From: an uncultured Anaeromicropila sp.
Lineage (GTDB): Bacteria; Bacillota; Clostridia; Lachnospirales; Lachnospiraceae
Reading direction: 5' to 3'
Length of the DNA: 64,000 nt
Assembly (NCBI GenBank): GCA_964409685.1
Contig: CAYPEJ010000014.1
Coordinates: 16,444-80,443 of the forward strand
Below are positions 21,460 through 31,652 of this stretch, piece after piece (position 1 is the first letter of the stretch; every line of letters starts with the position of its first letter). The notes under the pieces are model-generated. The model worked only from the letters and a program-made list of their open reading frames with translations, was not told the origin of the DNA and did not search any database. Both the position numbers and the translations under genes were made by a program.

Positions 21460-22234
21460 TAAACTCTGTTTCTGACATACTAGGTGTTGAAGTCTTGTGC
21501 TTGATAGAAAAAATAACATTAGCATTGTATGTGTTTGAGAGTTTACGGAGTTCATATTCGTTACCACGAAGAGAGAACATATACTCAATTCCACGAAGAA
21601 TAAATCTATGGTCGTGTAATTGTTGTGGGGAAACTACGAATAATTTGTCTCTTTCAACACGAGTGTCAGTTATAACGTAGTCGTGTGACGAAATATAATC
21701 CATCACAGGTTTAAGACGACCTTTTCCGACATTGCTTGAACCGCTTCTCTTGATACGGTATTTTGCTGTAACATCAAAATAATCTCTGAAACGCTCAATA
21801 GGTAAAATTGTATAGTTGTTAGTTATGAAAAATTCGGCTCCCTTATCTTTGTATGTATGAATGATCCAGTCTGCGAAGATATCGGAACCGTTTGGCATAT
21901 CAATGTCTTTTCCAGCTGTACCTGCTTCTCTAAATGCATCAAAATCATCATTCATATAATCCATTATCATTTCAGCATATCTGTTGATACGGTTGACGTT
22001 AAGACGACTGTATTCAAATGTTCCAGTTTCGAGATCTGGCAACAGGACAAACTGTCCGCATTGTGCAGGAGAGTGTTTCGCATCAATATAAAATGAATTG
22101 CCAGTGTTTGTTTCTACTAAAATATCAGGGACAGTTGAATCTGCACCTCCTTGATGAAAAAATCTTGCGTATGCACCGAATCGGTTATTAAGAAAGTTAG
22201 TACATTGAATTTCAAATTCTTCCCATATAGCCAT
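21443..22234 (-). CDS. HhaI-like PD-(D/E)xK restriction endonuclease, paralogue 1
   Basis: WEEFE..C, DSTVPDI, FYIDAK, QCGQFVL, YRIKRSGS, LSNTYNANVIFSI resemble recalled R.HhaI. Confidence 0.8.
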   Translation of the reverse strand: MAIWEEFEIQCTNFLNNRFGAYARFFHQGGADSTVPDILVETNTGNSFYIDAKHSPAQCGQFVLLPDLETGTFEYSRLNVNRINRYAEMIMDYMNDDFDAFREAGTAGKDIDMPNGSDIFADWIIHTYKDKGAEFFITNNYTILPIERFRDYFDVTAKYRIKRSGSSNVGKGRLKPVMDYISSHDYVITDTRVERDKLFVVSPQQLHDHRFILRGIEYMFSLRGNEYELRKLSNTYNANVIFSIKHKTSTPSMSETEFINCLK

Positions 22235-22237
22235 TGT

Positions 22238-23086
22238 TTATGCCTCCTTAATCATTAGGTCTTCAAAAACTTGAAGATCATTTTTGTCTTGAGATGCCTT
22301 TTTCAAAGATAATTGGCATATTACATTTGGGTTACTTGTATTCGATAATCTTCTGACTTCGTATACATGAGCTTTTATTTTTGAAAGTGTTTTAGAGTAC
22401 TTATTATCCTTGAATTGATAGGTGTACTTATCACACATCATTCTTTTTTTGTGTAAGGTTTCATCAGAATGAAGGAAGCACCTTGTTTTATCACCAACAG
22501 TTTTATATTCTATAGTGCCTAAGATATTATCTTCAGACAATCCTTGAATTATTTCCAAATTATTATTTTTCTCGTTAGGTTCTGAAGAGCCGCTTGGTTT
22601 TCTGCGATAAAATGCCTCGATATTAAAATAGTCAGAGAAACTATCGGATGGAAATAATATGATTTCAGTGCCTTCTGTCATAAAAAACTTGACGTTTTTT
22701 ACTGAGTAAAAGTCTTGAACCAATCCATATAGGATTGAACTATCAACATCGACAGGAATTCCTTTTTTGCCAACTTTATAGTATTTTTTATATAATCCAT
22801 CCATATATGCAATTATTCTCTTACAGTTATCAGACTTCGGCACTTTGTTCCTTTTTGAAAAATCAAATTTTTTAGTTTCTTCATTTGGAAACAAAACAAA
22901 TTGGCAGCATTGAGAATCGCAGGCCTTGACTTCGATGAAGAATTCTTCACTGCCTGAAGGTTCAACTTTAATGTCTGCTTTAGTTGAATCGGATTTTCCG
23001 TAGGGTTCTATTGCGTTGTTTTTGCCGTATATTCTTTTTAAATACTCATAACATCTATTTTCTAACTCCTCCCACGCACTAGCCAT
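22238..23086 (-). CDS. HhaI-like PD-(D/E)xK restriction endonuclease, paralogue 2
   Basis: WEELE..C, DSTKADI, FFIEVK, QCCQFVL, YRRKPSGS, LSNTSNPNVI; visibly homologous to its neighbour. Confidence 0.75.
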   Translation of the reverse strand: MASAWEELENRCYEYLKRIYGKNNAIEPYGKSDSTKADIKVEPSGSEEFFIEVKACDSQCCQFVLFPNEETKKFDFSKRNKVPKSDNCKRIIAYMDGLYKKYYKVGKKGIPVDVDSSILYGLVQDFYSVKNVKFFMTEGTEIILFPSDSFSDYFNIEAFYRRKPSGSSEPNEKNNNLEIIQGLSEDNILGTIEYKTVGDKTRCFLHSDETLHKKRMMCDKYTYQFKDNKYSKTLSKIKAHVYEVRRLSNTSNPNVICQLSLKKASQDKNDLQVFEDLMIKEA

Positions 23087-23092
23087 GAGTCA

Positions 23093-24064
23093 TTACACCT
23101 CGCTTTCTATGAAAATTTTTATTGAATTGCCAAGTGCTTTTATAACATTTACAGTCATTGCATTCCCTGCCTGCATAAGTAGATGCCTGTCTGTAACTTC
23201 ATTTTTTACTTTATCTGCATACTCTTTTGGGAAGCCTTGTAAGAGCAAAGCTTCATATCCTGTCAACTGGTAAATCGTATGGTTTTTAACATACAGAACG
23301 CCATCTCGCTGGGCTCTTAATGTTGGGCAACGTCCATCATAAATTCGAAGGTCATTCATTCGTGTATCAATGATTTTTCCTTCCATCTCTTTAATATCAT
23401 CCACGGTATACTTTCCGTTATTGGTAGGGTTTTTTAAGTAGTAAGAAAGAATTTCGAGTCTTTCGGGCGTTGCTACATTGTCATCAATAAGGAAATCTGA
23501 TAAGGGTGGTTTATCTATTGGCTCTGGCCACCTGAATTCTGACATATCTTTGCCTAAGTCCTTTCTAATACCAACAAAGTATACTCGTTGACGCATTTGA
23601 GGGACGCCATATTCAAAACTTGTGAGAACTTTATAAACCACATCATAGCCTACTTGATTTAATTCATTAATGATAATCTTTATTGTATTTCCTTTGTCAT
23701 GAGTTACTAATCCTTTGACGTTTTCTAACAGGAAGCATTTGGGGTGTGTCTCTTCTATGATTCTCGCCAAATGGAATATTATTTGTCCTCTATCATCAGA
23801 GAAACCCTCTTTTCTACCTATTACAGAAAAAGTCTGACATGGGAATCCAGCGATTAACATATCATATGGTGGTAGCTTTTCAGTTTTAATCCTCTTCAAA
23901 TTATAGTAATAGGGTTCATCCTTAGTATCGTGCATTAATGTATATGTACGAACAGCAAGCTTACTTGTATCTGAATAGCCAATGCTTTTTAATCCGGCTT
24001 GCTCTAAACCCAGACGTCCGCCACCAATACCAGAGCATAAATCTAAAAATGTATTAATCTCCAT
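23093..24064 (-). CDS. Second C5-cytosine DNA methyltransferase (H. pylori HP1121-like)
   Basis: DLCSGIGG, GFPCQTFS, ENV, QMRQR, AGNAM; TRD DTRMNDLRIY..PTLR. Confidence 0.9.
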   Translation of the reverse strand: MEINTFLDLCSGIGGGRLGLEQAGLKSIGYSDTSKLAVRTYTLMHDTKDEPYYYNLKRIKTEKLPPYDMLIAGFPCQTFSVIGRKEGFSDDRGQIIFHLARIIEETHPKCFLLENVKGLVTHDKGNTIKIIINELNQVGYDVVYKVLTSFEYGVPQMRQRVYFVGIRKDLGKDMSEFRWPEPIDKPPLSDFLIDDNVATPERLEILSYYLKNPTNNGKYTVDDIKEMEGKIIDTRMNDLRIYDGRCPTLRAQRDGVLYVKNHTIYQLTGYEALLLQGFPKEYADKVKNEVTDRHLLMQAGNAMTVNVIKALGNSIKIFIESEV

Positions 24065-24069
24065 TGTTC

Positions 24070-24960
24070 TTAATCCTTTATAGTTTCCAAGATGTCTTCT
24101 AACTTACAATCCATTGCTTCACAGATTTTCAAAAGAACATCAGTAGTGATATTTGCACCATTGCCAAGTTTAGCAATGGAAGCTGCACTGATTCTGGCAG
24201 CCTCTTTCAAATCATTTTTACTCCTTGCTTCCGCAACAGCCTTACCCGAAGCAAGAATTTTGCCATTTATTCTTTCAGTTGCTGTTTCTTTAGGCACTTC
24301 AGTATTTGAAGATTCGGTGTCAACAGTATCAACAACCTCTGCTTCAATTGTTTCACTTGTGGTTTTGACTGCTATAATTCTTGTGATTGAATTGTCGACA
24401 GTAGCAGTATACTTCCAAGGTGATTTAGGACCGCTTTGTGTATGCCATGCTTCAAATGTCGGACGACCTTTGGTATTGTCTGTTCTTTCATTGATGATAA
24501 ACCCAAGGACGGAGAGCAAAAACACCGGCAGTTCTACTTCTGTGATATTGTCCAATTCATTCTTTGCAGCTCTTTGCTCAAGTGAAACAGAAAAAAGACG
24601 TATTCGAAGGGATTTCTACATCATTCTGTATTACTTCAAAAAGAGCTTTTACAAGCCACTCTGAACGCACTTCATTTATGTATTTGTTTATGAACTCTGA
24701 CATTCTGTTTAGAAGGTCAGGGTCTTTTTGTTTTACCGAAGAATTAAAGGAACTAACAAACGAAGAGTCAGTAAAGGGGATATATGTGGTTCCATAGTCT
24801 TGGCAGGTCTTGAATGCGTAGTGCATTTTCCAAATGTTCTGCTTTGACTTGATACAAAACTGTTTCAAGTGACCACTTCGACTAACCCCATCATTACATC
24901 GGTTTCTTTCAGTCCATCAGATCCACCATTGTATTTATCTCTTGCTTTTGTACGTGTTTT
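24070..24960 (-). pseudogene. Fragmented hypothetical gene fused to a Cro/C1 HTH remnant
   Basis: Broken ORFs 24578-24868 and 24070-24555; the latter ends in ISAASIAKLG..LLKICEAMDCKLEDI. Confidence 0.55.
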
Positions 24961-25303
24961 TCTCGCCTGAAGAATCAATGAAAATAATATTCCTCCGCAA
25001 AGATAGGGCACCTTTGTTGGGGTCATCCTTACAACCTCCTTTATTTAGTAACCTTAGAAAGCTAAGAAAGACAATAGAAGGAGTTTCATCTGTTGACGGA
25101 AGCATTAGCCACTATAGGTTTATAAGTGAAGATTGAGATAGGCTGTAGATATATTTACTTCTACCGCAATTACATTATTTCCAGTATATCAGATAAATGT
25201 GAAAAAATCTACACTTTGTGATTTGAATCATGCGAATGTGAAGAAAAATTCGTAAATCTGATATAAAACTTCAATTTTAATAGAGAAAGCGAGGTGATTG
25301 GCA

Positions 25304-25438
25304 ATGGCTAAGAACTCAAAGCAAACATCCAAGGCAGTTGCTTCGAAAGCAAGCAAAGTTCTTCGTGATGGACGCTACAGTAAAACATCAAAGTCTGTAG
25401 CAGGAAGTGCATTAGAACAGACAAAAACAAAGAAGTAA
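25304..25438 (+). CDS. 44-aa basic small protein (not in ORF track)
   Basis: GAGGTG RBS; MAKNSKQTSKAVASKASKVLRDGRYSKTSKSVAGSALEQTKTKK; hairpin follows at about 25447-25485. Confidence 0.75.
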   Translation: MAKNSKQTSKAVASKASKVLRDGRYSKTSKSVAGSALEQTKTKK

Positions 25439-25737
25439 ATAAAAAAAGGTAGTCGGAGACTGATTTAAAATCAACCCGACTACCACCCGAAAGGGATTTT
25501 AGTAATCACGTATGTGACTAAGAATGTCAGAAACAACTATGTTGTAGGTTGCTTCGGATGGAGCAGTCCAATAGCTTCGCATATAGATTGCAGGATAATC
25601 CATATCACGAGTTTCAAATACACAGTTGGGTTCGTAACTATCGTACTCCACTTCAAACACATCTTCTTGTTTTTGAAGTGTGAAGTATTCTGCATCCCCT
25701 TCTTCAATCATTTTTGCAAGCATTCTAGCAATAGAAC

Positions 25738-26136
25738 AAAGACCTTGTCCGCAAGCAAGGATATGAAAAACAATTTCTAATCGAATCTCGCGCAACCAGT
25801 CGAGAAGAGATCGGAAACCACATCCACCCAGGAACTCGTAAGAAAATGCATGAAGTTGGAATCCCTACAGACAACCGAACAGCAACACAGATGACCAAAT
25901 CCGACTACAACAAATACGATTTTCTAATCGGCATGGATAGCTGGAACCGACGCAACATTCTAAGAATCATTGGACAAGACCCCGAAAATAAAGTCCATTT
26001 GCTTCTAGAATACGCCAATCGCACAGGAGACATTGCCGATCCATGGTACACAGGAAACTTCGATGCCACCTACAACGATGTACTTGCGGGATGTAACGGA
26101 TTACTACAATTCATCCAAGACAAAGGTCTATTATAA
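25738..26136 (+). pseudogene. 5'-truncated LMW protein-tyrosine phosphatase
   Basis: Lacks the CHGNICRS loop; retains DIADPWY. Confidence 0.9.
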
Positions 26137-26246
26137 ATATTAAAAAATAGACCACCAAACCAACCAAGTCCCTCACTCCACGCTCCGTAGGTTGAATCAT
26201 TATCTCGTCAATGCTATCCTCTTAAATGAAAGGACGGTGCATAACT

Positions 26247-26831
26247 ATGAATCAATACGTTACAAGTACCACAATCAAAACATTAAGAGAAAAGCAACAC
26301 ATGACTCAAAGTGATTTAGCTAACCGAATTGGAGTGAGTGACAAAACCATTTCCAAATGGGAAACTGCAAAAGGACTTCCCGACATTTCACTAATTGAAC
26401 CACTAGCCAAAGCACTCAGCATCTCAGTTTACGAACTAATCTCAGGTGACTATATCAACAATCAAAATAAATCAGCAAACATGATAAAATCTAAACTCTA
26501 TGTATGTCCAATCTGCGGAAACATCATGCACTCCATGGGAGAAGTCATGCTCAGTTGCTGTGGCATTCATTTACCAATATTAGAAATGGAAGAACCAAGC
26601 GATGACCATGTTATAAACATAGAGAGAATCGAAAACGACTATTATGTATCCATCTCTCATGAGATGACAAAAGAACATTTTATTTCTTTCATTGCCTACG
26701 CAACTACAGATAAATTTGAACTAGTAAAGCTTTATCCAGAAACAAATGCAGAAGTACGTTTTCAAATAAAAGGTCATGGAGTTATCTATTACTATTGTAA
26801 CAAGCATGGATTATTTGGAAAGCGAGTATAA
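26247..26831 (+). CDS. XRE HTH fused to desulfoferrodoxin-like domain, copy 1
   Basis: TISKWET..GLPD; YVCPICGN..SCCG; HEMTKEH; CNKHG. Confidence 0.88.
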   Translation: MNQYVTSTTIKTLREKQHMTQSDLANRIGVSDKTISKWETAKGLPDISLIEPLAKALSISVYELISGDYINNQNKSANMIKSKLYVCPICGNIMHSMGEVMLSCCGIHLPILEMEEPSDDHVINIERIENDYYVSISHEMTKEHFISFIAYATTDKFELVKLYPETNAEVRFQIKGHGVIYYYCNKHGLFGKRV

Positions 26832-26900
26832 TCATAGAATGAGTTGAAATATGAATGAGTTGTAATAAATGATATTCCAATCATTGCTTCCAATAAAATT

Positions 26901-27237
26901 GAAAATATAAAAGCCTTCTTCAAAATCGTCAGAATCATCAAAGATATCTTCATTTTAAAATGCTTTTTGGGGATGTGGTGGATTAGCCGTTCGATGAACT
27001 CGAGTGCAGGTATGGTCTTAACCATGAGTTTATCGTCTTCGTGTTGATGCTGGCATTGTATTATTTTAAAAGACATAGCAGTGGTACGGTCAATGGAGTA
27101 TATGTTGTCGCAAGTAGGACAGAAGCGATTTTTACAGCGAAAAGGAACAAATTTATGCTCGCCATAGTTTGAACAGCCGTACATGGCACCACCAAAAAGA
27201 ATCCCTCAAAATTGAGGGGCAGGGGAGTTGAGGTGTG
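26901..27237 (-). mobile_element. Internally deleted IS91-family element
   Basis: PFRCKNRFCPTC Zn domain joined directly to EFIERLIHHIP.KHFKM; end hairpin CCCTCAA/TTGAGGG at 27203-27218. Confidence 0.8.
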
Positions 27238-27295
27238 CTTGCACATTTTGTTTTGTCAGATACAAAACAGAAATATACAAAATATTCAGAAAAAA

Positions 27296-27325
27296 TTGAC
27301 AAATTACGTATTTAAGAAGTATAAT
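27296..27325 (+). promoter_or_regulatory. Sigma-A promoter
   Basis: TTGACA-18 bp-TATAAT. Confidence 0.8.
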
Positions 27326-27334
27326 ATAGACATT

Positions 27335-27410
27335 TAAATACGGCAAAACAGCCGAAAGGCTGTGACAGCAAAGCTAAAGGGCTTGAAATGAAGTATGGTA
27401 GCTAGTAACA
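27335..27410 (+). ncRNA. c-di-GMP-I (GEMM) riboswitch aptamer
   Basis: GGCAAA-ACAGCC-GAAA-GGCTGT-GAC(A)GCAAAGCT..AGGG..TGGTAGCTAGT; one extra A versus the usual GACGCAAAGC. Confidence 0.8.
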
Positions 27411-27415
27411 CTTTT

Positions 27416-27445
27416 AACATTGCTCGTTTTGGCAATGTTTTTTTT
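27416..27445 (+). terminator. Intrinsic terminator (riboswitch expression platform)
   Basis: AACATTGC..GCAATGTT followed by a T run. Confidence 0.75.
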
Positions 27446-27537
27446 AATTCATAGGAAATTCCGCTTCGCTATATTTCCTATGAATCAAAAAGCCCCTAAA
27501 AAGCAGGGGCAGGAGGCGCACTCAGGGGGATTTTGGA

Positions 27538-27798
27538 ATGTTTTCTTGTGATAAATGTGGTTTATGCTGTATGCATATTGATGAGTCTTCATTGGATGAG
27601 GGGTTAGATCGGGGAGATGGTGTGTGTAAATATTTTGATGAAGAAACACATTTATGCCAGATATATGCGGATAGACCTATTTTTTGTAATGTAGATAAAT
27701 TTTATGATGAACATTTATCATCAAAGTATTCTAAAGAAGAATTTTATGCAGTAAATTATGAATCCTGCAAAACACTTAAAGAAAGGTATGGGGGTTAA
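27538..27798 (+). CDS. YkgJ/CxxCxxCC-family cysteine cluster protein
   Basis: CDKCGLCC, GVCKYF, LCQIYADRPIFC. Confidence 0.85.
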   Translation: MFSCDKCGLCCMHIDESSLDEGLDRGDGVCKYFDEETHLCQIYADRPIFCNVDKFYDEHLSSKYSKEEFYAVNYESCKTLKERYGG

Positions 27799-27800
27799 TT

Positions 27801-28205
27801 ATGTATTTATCACTACTTAACACAGAACAGAAAAAGTTATTTTTGAGTTTAGCTTATAATCTTGTCACATCCGATGGTGATTTTAGCGAGAGCGAAAGAG
27901 TAGCAATTCAAAGTTATTCTATGGAAATGAACATGGAATTAAAAATAGAGGATGTAGATAATGATATAAATCGAGTTGTTGATAATATAAATTCAATTTG
28001 TGGTATTCGAGAAAAGAAAATTATTGTTTTTGAGATGGTAGGTTTAGCAATGGCAGATTGTAATTTTGATGATGGTGAGCGTGAAATTGTAAAGAAAGCA
28101 TTAACGATGTTTGGATTAGATTTGCAATTTGGAGATTTTTGTGAGAAAAAGCTTTCTGAATACTTTAACTTACAAGAAGAATTGAACTCAAACATCCTGT
28201 CATAA
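27801..28205 (+). CDS. TerB-like protein
   Basis: Duplicated motif SDGDFSESE / ADCNFDDGE. Confidence 0.7.
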   Translation: MYLSLLNTEQKKLFLSLAYNLVTSDGDFSESERVAIQSYSMEMNMELKIEDVDNDINRVVDNINSICGIREKKIIVFEMVGLAMADCNFDDGEREIVKKALTMFGLDLQFGDFCEKKLSEYFNLQEELNSNILS

Positions 28206-28224
28206 AATTTGAGGGGGCGAGATA

Positions 28225-29862
28225 ATGTTTGGTTTTTTTAAGAGAAAAAAGAAAAGTGAGCAAAATAATTTAGCCGATCAAGTTTCTTTAGGGGTTAATG
28301 CTGGAAATCTAGAAAGACATAGTGATGCAGGAAGAGAATTTGTTAAAGCGTTTTCGGGATATGATGGAACAACAGGGCAAAATCTTAAAAAAGGGCTTTC
28401 TCAAATTTCAAATATGAAATTAAATCCTGACCCAAATTATTATAAAAGAAATGTTAAACAACAAGCTGGGTTTTCAGCCGAAGTATTGGATGCTGCAAGA
28501 AAAAATAAGAATGCAATTTTGAATGGTGATTCAGAAAGGTATTCAAGGGTTGATGATGTAGCTGGGCATAAAACCAATGAGACTGCTTTTGATATAACAG
28601 CGCTTGATAGCAGTGGAAATGAAATATATGATTTATCAGGACAAATGAAATTTTTGAAATTTCAAATGAATGATAATGGTGTTTATACTATTGATACTAA
28701 GGATTTCTCAAAAGTGATTTCTGGAATAAAAAAAGAAAATGGAGTTAATTTTAGAGATAAATATCCTGAAGGAAAATATATTGTTCCAAAGGATGCGTTC
28801 GATGATGTAAAAAAAGAATTACATACTATTGAGAAAGAACTTCAGAAAAAATATGACAACGCTCTAAAGACAGGAAATGTTGAATTGCAAGAAAAGTTTA
28901 AAACGGAATTAGACTATGCAAAAAAAGTTGACAAAAACTTAATGAAAAGTGAAGTCACTGCTAATGATGCGATTGTTGCTCGACTTGAACCTGATAAGTT
29001 AACAAGGAAAGAGATAGTTAAGTTAGGTCACGAAGCGGGTGTTAACTATGCAAAATCTGCTGCTGTGATTAAGGGTTCGATGACGTTTGCAAGATGTCTT
29101 AATAAGGTAGTGAATGGAGAAATGACTGCCCAAGAGGCCGCCGCTGAAATAACTACTGAAACAGCAAAAGGTGCTATTGTAGGTTATGCAACGGGACAAG
29201 CAAACACAGCTTTAGCCGCAGTTATGAGAAATTCATCAAAGGAGGCTTTAAGAAAATTAGGTGGTTCAAGTGCACCAGCACAAATAGTGACATTTACAAC
29301 AAGCGTTTTTCGTATAGTAAATGACAGAATGGAAGGAAAAATTACAGATGAGGAATGCTTTCATAATATTGCAAAATCTGGAGTTGGTGTAATAGGAACT
29401 TTTAAAGCGGGAGTTGTTGGAGAGGTAGCAGGAAAAGCAATTGGAAAGAAGATAGGTGGTGCAGTCGGAGCCTTTGGTGGCCCCGTCGGTGCTATTGTTG
29501 GTTCGGTAGTTGCAGGTGTGGTTATTGATGCAACATATGATTATGCTGTAAAAACAATTAAAGCCCCAGGGATTGCTAGAGCCGAAAGAATACAAATAGA
29601 ACAACAATGTGAACAATTGCATTTGCAGTTAGAAGAATATAGAGAGAATTTTAGAAGAACCTATATAGCAAATACAAATGAATTGGTAGGGGTTTTCGGA
29701 AATTCATTACAAGATATGGCTACTGCGTTAAAAATGAATGATGCCGACTCATTCATTATGGGGGCAAATACAATAACTAAAGCTTTGGGTGTAAAAACAC
29801 AGTTTAACACAGTTGATGAATTCGAGGCTTTTTTGGATTCAGATGATGCTTTTGACTTATAG
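28225..29862 (+). CDS. Hypothetical protein: possible PD-(D/E)xK-like domain, glycine-zipper hydrophobic hairpin, coiled coil
   Basis: GFSAEV..FDI..QMKF; GGAVGAFGGPVGAIVGSVVAGVV; helical C-terminus. Confidence 0.6.
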   Translation: MFGFFKRKKKSEQNNLADQVSLGVNAGNLERHSDAGREFVKAFSGYDGTTGQNLKKGLSQISNMKLNPDPNYYKRNVKQQAGFSAEVLDAARKNKNAILNGDSERYSRVDDVAGHKTNETAFDITALDSSGNEIYDLSGQMKFLKFQMNDNGVYTIDTKDFSKVISGIKKENGVNFRDKYPEGKYIVPKDAFDDVKKELHTIEKELQKKYDNALKTGNVELQEKFKTELDYAKKVDKNLMKSEVTANDAIVARLEPDKLTRKEIVKLGHEAGVNYAKSAAVIKGSMTFARCLNKVVNGEMTAQEAAAEITTETAKGAIVGYATGQANTALAAVMRNSSKEALRKLGGSSAPAQIVTFTTSVFRIVNDRMEGKITDEECFHNIAKSGVGVIGTFKAGVVGEVAGKAIGKKIGGAVGAFGGPVGAIVGSVVAGVVIDATYDYAVKTIKAPGIARAERIQIEQQCEQLHLQLEEYRENFRRTYIANTNELVGVFGNSLQDMATALKMNDADSFIMGANTITKALGVKTQFNTVDEFEAFLDSDDAFDL

Positions 29863-29880
29863 GAAAAGGAGGAAGTTCGT

Positions 29881-31224
29881 ATGATACCACTTTTAATAGC
29901 TGGAGCAGTTGTGGGATTGGGTGCTCACGCTTGTGCTTCTGTTGATAATGATGAAGCTAGAGAAAAAAATAGACGTGCAAATGAGATTATAGATGAATCG
30001 AATCGTATTGCTCAAGAGGCCAAAACATTATGTCAAGGTTCGATTGATGTTTTAGCAAAGGAAAAAACCAAAGTCTTGCAGGGCAATATGAGACGTTTTG
30101 TAAGAAGTTTCTCTCAAATAAAACCTGTCAATTTTAATGATTCTGGAGACTTGTTTGAAATTGCAAAATTTAATAAAAATGAATTAACGACAATGCAATC
30201 AATGGTTAGTAGTGTTCAGAAAGTAAATGTAAATGATGTTGTTGGTGGTGTATCAGGAACAGCGTTAGCTGTAGGTGCTGCTGATGTTCTTGCAGGGGGG
30301 GCGTTATTAGGTGGAGCAGGAATTTCAGTAGGTGGTTTAGCAGGAGGAGCAGCTTTGGGAGCTGTTGCAGCACCAATTTTTGCGATTACAGGAATTTTTT
30401 CCGCATCAGAAGCATCTGCTAACCTTGAAAAAGCAAAAAGTAATTTATCAAAGGCAAGAGCATATCAAGATGAATGTGAGACATATTCTTATTTTGCTCA
30501 TGCAGTAAGCGAACGCTGTGATTTGTTCTATGAGGTACTGAATAATATAAATACTACATGGTTTACTGATGCAGTAAATCAGTTAGAGATGCTAGTAAAT
30601 AGTAAAAAAACATTTGGAAACTTTTTGAAAAACATGACGGGAAAAAAGATTTATACCCGTCAAGAAATGCAGATGGTAGCTAGTGTGGCTTCACTTGCAA
30701 AAATGGTTAAAACCATTATTGATACAAATATTTTGGATAATAATGGTCATGTAACTGATGAGTCAGAGAGAGTAATCTTGGCAATACAGGATAAAATGGA
30801 AAATGAAGATTTAACTGTAAAAATGCCAGAACCAGAAGTACAACAAGTATCATATCAACAACCAATGCAGAATGCATATCAACAGCCTGTTCAGAATGTA
30901 TATCAGCAACCAGTACAAAGTACCTATACTCAGTCACAGCAAATGGCTACTCAACCATCACAACAGGCGAAAATTACTTCTGCTAGTAATTCAGTTAAAC
31001 CAATATACAATCCTAATGGATTTGTAAAGTTTATAATGTGGTTACATACTTTATTTTATGGCTTCTGTGGTATATGCGTGGTTGTTGCAGGTTCATTTAT
31101 CGGTGGAACAGTATTGTTTGCTGCTGGACTTATGATGTGTCCAAAAGTAAATAAGACAATGAAATTCTGGTCTCGCTTTGGATTGATGATTCTACTTATT
31201 ATAATTAGTTGCTTTTTGGTGTGA
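29881..31224 (+). CDS. Hypothetical coiled-coil/glycine-zipper membrane protein
   Basis: Hydrophobic N-terminus, long Gly/Ala zipper, YQQP repeats, C-terminal TM segments. Confidence 0.7.
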   Translation: MIPLLIAGAVVGLGAHACASVDNDEAREKNRRANEIIDESNRIAQEAKTLCQGSIDVLAKEKTKVLQGNMRRFVRSFSQIKPVNFNDSGDLFEIAKFNKNELTTMQSMVSSVQKVNVNDVVGGVSGTALAVGAADVLAGGALLGGAGISVGGLAGGAALGAVAAPIFAITGIFSASEASANLEKAKSNLSKARAYQDECETYSYFAHAVSERCDLFYEVLNNINTTWFTDAVNQLEMLVNSKKTFGNFLKNMTGKKIYTRQEMQMVASVASLAKMVKTIIDTNILDNNGHVTDESERVILAIQDKMENEDLTVKMPEPEVQQVSYQQPMQNAYQQPVQNVYQQPVQSTYTQSQQMATQPSQQAKITSASNSVKPIYNPNGFVKFIMWLHTLFYGFCGICVVVAGSFIGGTVLFAAGLMMCPKVNKTMKFWSRFGLMILLIIISCFLV

Positions 31225-31496
31225 TATAAATTAAAATGCTTTTTTGTTGGGTGTTCGTTTGAACACCCTTTCGTTAATTTATGCACCCAAGAAATAAAAG
31301 ATGAACCTAAGAAATCGCAGTAGTAATTACTCTGTGTACTGACTACGAAAATACTACTACACACGGCTATGTTTTTCGCCGATTTTCCTTATTTTGCAAA
31401 AAGTGTAGTTTTAGAGAAGAAAAATATGATGCCCAGAAATGCCGATAAAACCTCGCAAAACAGGACATTTCCAGGAAATCAAGGAGAACAATAACA

Positions 31497-31541
31497 ATGA
31501 TAAAAATACTATTCATCTGCCACGGCATAAACTCCAGATAG
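31497..31541 (+). mobile_element. Orphan LMW-PTP 5' end (att-like direct repeat)
   Basis: ATGATAAAAATACT(A/T)TTCATCTGCCACGGCA repeated at 35301; encodes MIKILFICHG then stops after four more codons. Confidence 0.85.
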
Positions 31542-31652
31542 TGCTAAAAAGCCCTATTTTATAGGCTTTTCGACTGCTGATAGGCAGATTTTGCAACAGT
31601 TTTGCAACTTTTAAAATGAGCCCCGAATAAAAAAGAAAGGAACGAACTAAAT

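Larger units (their letters stand above)
25738..26909 (+). repeat. 1.17-kb direct repeat, copy 1 (5'-truncated LMW-PTP plus regulator)
   Basis: Near-identical to 35367-36538, offset 9629 at both ends. Confidence 0.95.
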
